Below the pieces are notes generated by a model, which ran no database searches, was not told where the DNA came from, and was given only the letters and a program-made list of their open reading frames with translations. From positions 1 through 12,430 of the forward strand of contig JBHICG010000088.1 of NCBI GenBank assembly GCA_046759445.1: 12,430 nucleotides of DNA, in the 5' to 3' direction. How positions within the stretch are numbered: the stretch's first letter is position 1; each line of letters starts with the position of its first letter. The translations under genes were made by a program, and so were the position numbers. Shown piece by piece: positions 7,906 through 12,430 of this stretch. Source of the DNA: Candidatus Scalinduaceae bacterium (GTDB lineage: Bacteria; Planctomycetota; Brocadiia; Brocadiales; Scalinduaceae).

Positions 7906-8001
7906 TTTACCTTACATTGTTCTTTAGATTTGAGAGTTAGTGGGTGATGCAATTGATTTAATTGATTAATCCGAATGTGACTTCTATAGGTAAGCATAAT
8001 T

Positions 8002-8030
8002 AAATTATCATTTTTGCAATTGAGAGTCAA
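8002..8030 (-). promoter_or_regulatory. Candidate sigma70 promoter for the PilZ-CBM gene
   Basis: Minus strand TTGACT (8030-8025), 17-bp spacer ending in TG-A, then TAATTT (8007-8002). Confidence 0.5.
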
Positions 8031-8117
8031 GGTTTTTATCCTGTATCATTCCTAACGCATCACATGAGAAGAAATTTGATTTATGGCTGACTTGATAGGG
8101 TAATTCTTTCTTGGAAT

Positions 8118-8145
8118 TTGACATTTATATTTGATTTGTTATAAA
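8118..8145 (+). promoter_or_regulatory. Candidate sigma70 promoter (divergent, plus strand)
   Basis: TTGACA (8118-8123), 16-bp spacer with an extended TG, then TATAAA (8140-8145). Confidence 0.45.
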
Positions 8146-8187
8146 GACAAGAAAAGAGTTAGAAGAATCTTATGTTACTGCCATCAA

Positions 8188-8283
8188 AGATGCTGAAATA
8201 AGTTCAGGTGTGATTATGCCTGTCCTTCGGACAGGATAGCATAATCACCTAAGTAATCCCACTTTTACGGAATTACCAATGAC
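8188..8283 (-). repeat. Second GTCAT-type palindromic repeat interrupted by the 70-bp insert
   Basis: Joining 8188-8207 (AGATGCTGAAATAAGTTCAG) to 8278-8283 (AATGAC) restores a 26-bp hairpin repeat with the same architecture as at 6721-6816 but a different stem sequence. Confidence 0.7.
8208..8277 (-). mobile_element. 70-bp double-hairpin element, copy 2 (inverted)
   Basis: Reverse complement: GGTAATTCCG TAAAAG TGGGATTAC TTA GGTGATTATGC TATCCTGTCCGAAGGACAG GCATAATCACAC. Same length and block structure as copy 1. Confidence 0.75.
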
Positions 8284-8660
8284 ACTTTTCAGGGCATGAC
8301 TTAGCGCGCTACAAAACTCATCGGTTAAAAATGACATAGAGTGATGATCTTTTTAAAAGCTTCATTTAGATATTCAATTCAGGTATATTCCCTTTTTTGT
8401 CAAAATTGACACCTCATATTTTCTTCGTTATTGATAAAACTTAATCTATCTTTATGTTTCTACTTTTGAAGACTACGAAAGTTTGTTTCATAAGTTTATG
8501 CCCCTGTGTCTTACAAGGTAATTGTATTGGAAAAGAAGTTTGGCAAGACTTAAACAGACATCTTCTTTTTAAGAAATGAAATAGTATAAGGACTTTTTTT
8601 GTTTCTTTCCGCACAGGAGATCCCGGTACAATCATCACATACAGAAACTATATAAAGTCT

Positions 8661-8688
8661 TTGATTTTAAGAGAATATCCAATATACT
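8661..8688 (+). promoter_or_regulatory. Candidate sigma70 promoter for tkt-pgl-gnd
   Basis: TTGATT, 16-bp spacer, TATACT, about 120 bp upstream of tkt. The context is AT-rich, so a chance match is possible. Confidence 0.3.
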
Positions 8689-8807
8689 TAATCAAAAACA
8701 CATAAATATTAAGATTCATAATCCTAACCTGAACGAGTCGGAATAGAATATATCAATTGTTTTAGCCAAATTTTTTTGCTAAGAACGTAAACATAAGGAG
8801 CTTAAAT

Positions 8808-10844
8808 GTGGATAAAATATCAAACAAAACGAAAAACCTTGACCAGTTATGCATAAATACCATACGCACGTTATCTATGGATGCAGTGCAAAAAGCCAAT
8901 TCTGGGCACCCAGGTGCACCAATGGGTCTTGCACCAGTGGCATTTGTACTTTGGGACAGATTTATGCGTCACGGTCCTCAAAATCCTAATTGGCCTAATC
9001 GAGATCGTTTCGTCCTTTCGGTAGGTCATGCATCCATGCTCTTATACAGCATATTGCACATTCTTGGATATGATATTAGTCTTGACGACATCAAGCACTT
9101 CCGACAATTGCACAGTAAATGTGCAGGACATCCCGAATACGGACTAGCGCCGGGTGTAGAATCAACCACCGGACCCCTTGGACAGGGCGTTGCAAATAGC
9201 GTTGGTATGGCGATAGCAGAAAGGTGGCTCCAAAAATATTTTAATCGTCCCGGTCACGAGATAATTAATTATAATATATTTGCTATTGCGGGTGATGGAT
9301 GCATGATGGAGGGTATATCCAGTGAAGCAGCATCTCTGGCAGGCCACCTCGGTTTGAGCAATCTGGTATGGATTTATGATAATAATCACATCACCATTGA
9401 AGGTGATACCGCTCTAGCCTTTAGTGAAGATGTGGCCGCACGCTTTAAGGCTTACGGTTGGAATGTTCAACACGTTGAAGATGCTAATGATTTAGAAACG
9501 TTAGAGATTGTATTGCAAACTGCTATAGATGAGACAAAATGTCCGTCTCTAATTATTGTTGATAGTCATATTGCGTATGGCAGTCCAAATAAACAGGATA
9601 CGGCAGATGCACATGGTGCTCCCCTTGGCGAAGATGAAGTAAAGGCAGCGAAGATAAATTATGGCTGGGACCCTGATAAAATATTTTACGTTCCGGATGA
9701 AGTAAAAAAGTATAAGGAACCCGTAATCGCAAAAGGCGCAAAATTAGAAAAAGAGTGGAATAAAAAATTTACTGATTATGTAAAAGCACATCCTGATCTG
9801 GCAAAAGAATTTAATATGATGCAAAAACGCAGATTGCCAGAAGATTGGGATGGTTATCTTCCGAACTTTCCGACCGATGCTAAAGGCCTTGCCACCCGTG
9901 CATCAAACAACAAAATCTTAAACTCTATTGCCAGACAAATCCCATGGTTCATGGGAGGCTCTGCCGACCTGGGCCCTTCAACTAAAACATACATAAAAGA
10001 AACCAAGAGTTTTAGAAGAGAGGACTATGGTGGCAGAAATTTTCATTTCGGTGTTCGCGAACATGCCATGGGGGGCATCTTGAATGGGATGTCTTTAAGC
10101 AAGATACGACCGTATGGGGCTACATTCCTTGTTTTTTCAGATTATGCACGTCCTGCAATTCGTTTAGCTGCTCTGATGGAACAACCCGTAATATATATTT
10201 TCACACATGACAGTATTGGTGTTGGTGAAGATGGACCAACTCATCAGCCTATCGAACATCTTGCTTCGCTGCGTGCAATACCAGGCTTGGATGTTATTCG
10301 ACCTGCAGATGCAAATGAATTATCAGTGATGTGGAAATATATTATGGAACTTAAGGATCGTCCTGTAGCGCTTATTTTGAGTCGTCAGTCAATACCAACC
10401 ATTGATCAATCGAAATATGCCCCGACCGATGGCGCCTTGAAGGGAGCTTATATTCTGGCTGAAAGTGAAGGAACACCTGATGTAATCTTGATAGGAACCG
10501 GCTCTGAAGTCCAAATATGTCTTGATGCATATGAACAATTAAAACGAGAAGGGATAAAGGCAAGGGTAGTAAGTATGCCGTGTTGCAGCCTTTACCAATG
10601 TCAAGACAAAGCTTACCAGGAAAAAGTTTTACCCAGCTCAGTACAGGCACGCGTTATAATTGAAGCAGGATCGACTTACGGTTGGCATAGATATACCGGA
10701 AAACATGATAACTGTGGCATACTCGGACTTAAGAGTTTTGGCGCTTCTGCACCTTTAAAAGACTTGTTAGAAGAATATGGTTTTACTACGGAGAGAGTAG
10801 TGCAAGTGGCAAAAAACGTTATAAAAAAACAAAGGGTAAAATAA
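8808..10844 (+). CDS. tkt: Transketolase
   Basis: 678 aa, GTG start, RBS TAAGGAG. Motifs ANSGHPGAPMG, RDRFVLSVGHASML, GHPE, TTGPLGQG, TPP motif GDGCMMEGIS..DNN, FGVREHAM, THDSIGVGEDGPTHQPIEH, FGASAP. Confidence 0.98.
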   Translation: MDKISNKTKNLDQLCINTIRTLSMDAVQKANSGHPGAPMGLAPVAFVLWDRFMRHGPQNPNWPNRDRFVLSVGHASMLLYSILHILGYDISLDDIKHFRQLHSKCAGHPEYGLAPGVESTTGPLGQGVANSVGMAIAERWLQKYFNRPGHEIINYNIFAIAGDGCMMEGISSEAASLAGHLGLSNLVWIYDNNHITIEGDTALAFSEDVAARFKAYGWNVQHVEDANDLETLEIVLQTAIDETKCPSLIIVDSHIAYGSPNKQDTADAHGAPLGEDEVKAAKINYGWDPDKIFYVPDEVKKYKEPVIAKGAKLEKEWNKKFTDYVKAHPDLAKEFNMMQKRRLPEDWDGYLPNFPTDAKGLATRASNNKILNSIARQIPWFMGGSADLGPSTKTYIKETKSFRREDYGGRNFHFGVREHAMGGILNGMSLSKIRPYGATFLVFSDYARPAIRLAALMEQPVIYIFTHDSIGVGEDGPTHQPIEHLASLRAIPGLDVIRPADANELSVMWKYIMELKDRPVALILSRQSIPTIDQSKYAPTDGALKGAYILAESEGTPDVILIGTGSEVQICLDAYEQLKREGIKARVVSMPCCSLYQCQDKAYQEKVLPSSVQARVIIEAGSTYGWHRYTGKHDNCGILGLKSFGASAPLKDLLEEYGFTTERVVQVAKNVIKKQRVK

Positions 10845-10845
10845 C

Positions 10846-11604
10846 TTGAGCTCGAAAAGAAATATCTGTGTTTATGCAAACAAAAAAGAACTGGTAATTG
10901 CAACTACAGAAAAGATAATTAATTTCATTAAGTATGTAATACAAGAAAATGGTTTATGTAATATCGCATTGGCAGGTGGCAATACCCCGCGTGATGTCTA
11001 TTCCATGTTAGCTATGAACGCCTATAAAAAACGTGTCGACTGGAATTGCGTACATCTCTTCTGGGGTGATGAGCGAACAGTTCCCCCAAACCATCCAGAT
11101 AGCAATTTCAGAATGGTTAAACAAGCGCTTCTTATGCATATCACAATACCAGAAGATAATGTTCACAGAATCAGAGGTGAAATTGAACCAGGGCAAGCTG
11201 CTACAGAATACACAACTCTGTTACGAGACCACTTCAAGGGAGATTTGCCTCGCTTTGATTTAATATTGCTCGGAGTAGGAGAGGATGGTCATACTGCGTC
11301 ACTTTTCCCAGGCACTAGTGCGCTTGGAGAACATAATAAACCTGTAGTTGCCGTTTTCGTATCTAAGCTTAATACATGTCGTGTGACTTTGACGCTGCCA
11401 GTATTTAATGCAGCCAAAGAGATTATTTTTCTGGTTTCTGGAAGCTCCAAATCTGATATTGTCCAACAAATAATTAATGTCGATAGACCCACTAAAGATC
11501 TTCCAGCAACCCTGATTAATCCAGATAACGGTATTATCCATTGGATGCTGGATTCAGAGGCTGCAGCCCTAATCGATAAAAAAGAAGCGTTATCTAAAAA
11601 ATAA
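10846..11604 (+). CDS. pgl: 6-phosphogluconolactonase
   Basis: 252 aa, TTG start 1 bp after the tkt stop. Motifs [48 protein letters not shown]. Confidence 0.96.
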   Translation: MSSKRNICVYANKKELVIATTEKIINFIKYVIQENGLCNIALAGGNTPRDVYSMLAMNAYKKRVDWNCVHLFWGDERTVPPNHPDSNFRMVKQALLMHITIPEDNVHRIRGEIEPGQAATEYTTLLRDHFKGDLPRFDLILLGVGEDGHTASLFPGTSALGEHNKPVVAVFVSKLNTCRVTLTLPVFNAAKEIIFLVSGSSKSDIVQQIINVDRPTKDLPATLINPDNGIIHWMLDSEAAALIDKKEALSKK

Positions 11605-11620
11605 ACATAGAAAGTTTCCT

Positions 11621-12430
11621 ATGAAAAAACAGGTTTTTGGTTTGATTGGTCTGGGAGTAATGGGCCAGAATTTTGTACTTAATGTTGAACGCAACGGTTT
11701 TGGAGTCGCCGTCTACAACCGAACTGCAGGAACAACAAAAAAATATATGGATGGGGCTGCCGCTGGCAAAAACATTAAACCCACATATACATTGGAAGAG
11801 TTTGTTGACACTTTAGAAAGGCCACGCAAAATAATGCTACTGGTAAAAGCGGGTACACCAGTAGATGCAGTTATCCAGCAGCTCATTCCTTTATTAGACA
11901 AAGACGACCTGATAATTGACGGTGGAAACTCTTATTTTCTTGATACCGAACGACGCACCAGGGAACTGGAAGCTCAAGGTTTAAATTTTTTGGGCATGGG
12001 TGTTTCTGGCGGGGAAGATGGGGCTTTGTGGGGTCCAAGTCTGATGCCGGGCGGCTCACTCAATGCATACAAGGAAGTTGAACCAATAATGAATGCGGTG
12101 GCTGCAAAGGCAGAGGAAGATGGGGAACCCTGTGTAACCTATATTGGCCCTGGTGGTTCCGGACATTACGTAAAAATGGTACACAACGGTATTGAATATG
12201 GCGACATGCAGCTCATTGCAGAAGCTTATGATCTGCTTAAACGTACTCTTGGGCTTACGGCTCAGGGACTCCATGATATTTTTACTGAATGGAATAAAAC
12301 AGAACTTTCCTCATTCCTAATAGAAATAACAGCAAAGGTTTTTAAAAAGACAGATGAAGAAACCGGAAAGCCATTAGTAGATGTTATATTAGATAAAGCG
12401 GGTCAAAAGGGAACGGGTAAATGGATGAGT
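11621..12430 (+). CDS. gnd: NADP-dependent 6-phosphogluconate dehydrogenase, decarboxylating (runs off the window)
   Basis: Not in the ORF track. Manual translation gives [35 protein letters not shown]...[62 protein letters not shown]. The NRT motif indicates NADP preference. Confidence 0.97.
   Translation, partial: MKKQVFGLIGLGVMGQNFVLNVERNGFGVAVYNRTAGTTKKYMDGAAAGKNIKPTYTLEEFVDTLERPRKIMLLVKAGTPVDAVIQQLIPLLDKDDLIIDGGNSYFLDTERRTRELEAQGLNFLGMGVSGGEDGALWGPSLMPGGSLNAYKEVEPIMNAVAAKAEEDGEPCVTYIGPGGSGHYVKMVHNGIEYGDMQLIAEAYDLLKRTLGLTAQGLHDIFTEWNKTELSSFLIEITAKVFKKTDEETGKPLVDVILDKAGQKGTGKWMS

Noticed and set aside
7795..8000. c-di-GMP riboswitch upstream of the PilZ gene
   Set aside because: No GEMM-type consensus is visible on the minus strand. 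The structure is better explained by the terminal-inverted-repeat element.
7694..8030. ORFs 7694-7879 (+) and 7812-8030 (-)
   Set aside because: They read through the repeat element and promoter or lie antisense to a real gene, with no protein features.
8219..8235. cUUCGg RNA tetraloop
   Set aside because: The stem register CCTGTCC/GGACAGG leaves a 3-nt TTC (GAA) loop. A UUCG register breaks the stem.
8208..8277. Group II intron remnant (starts GTGTG right after a stem-loop)
   Set aside because: Only 70 bp, with no domain V/VI motif and no RT ORF. The wobble pairs favour the opposite strand.
8441..8638. 65-aa minus-strand ORF
   Set aside because: No recognisable motif or RBS, and the composition looks like translated AT-rich intergenic DNA.
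8700..8807. TPP riboswitch ahead of transketolase
   Set aside because: Only an ACCTGA fragment matches. The CTGAGA element and the paired helices are absent.
1000..12274. Remaining short ORFs overlapping the helicase, symporter, tkt, pgl and gnd
   Set aside because: These are antisense or out-of-frame shadows of well-supported genes, with no motifs.

Overview
An AT-rich bacterial chromosomal window. Gene style and repeats suggest an anammox planctomycete such as Ca. Scalindua, but that is only an impression. The minus strand carries a DUF763 gene running off the left edge and coupled to a UvrD/PcrA-family helicase, a stand-alone membrane dCache sensor, an orphan VapB-type antitoxin, a sodium:solute symporter and an unusual PilZ + CBM48-like (glycogen-binding) fusion. 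The plus strand carries a lone WbqC-family gene and a pentose-phosphate operon (tkt-pgl-gnd; gnd runs off the right edge). The most striking signal is non-coding. Two inverted copies of an exactly 70-bp double-hairpin element (6727-6796 and 8208-8277) each sit at the same position inside a different GTCAT-type palindromic repeat, with covariation and an internally flipped 19-bp segment. Two other miniature insertion-like elements lie nearby (6569-6609 and 7815-7905). No mobilising enzyme is encoded in the window.
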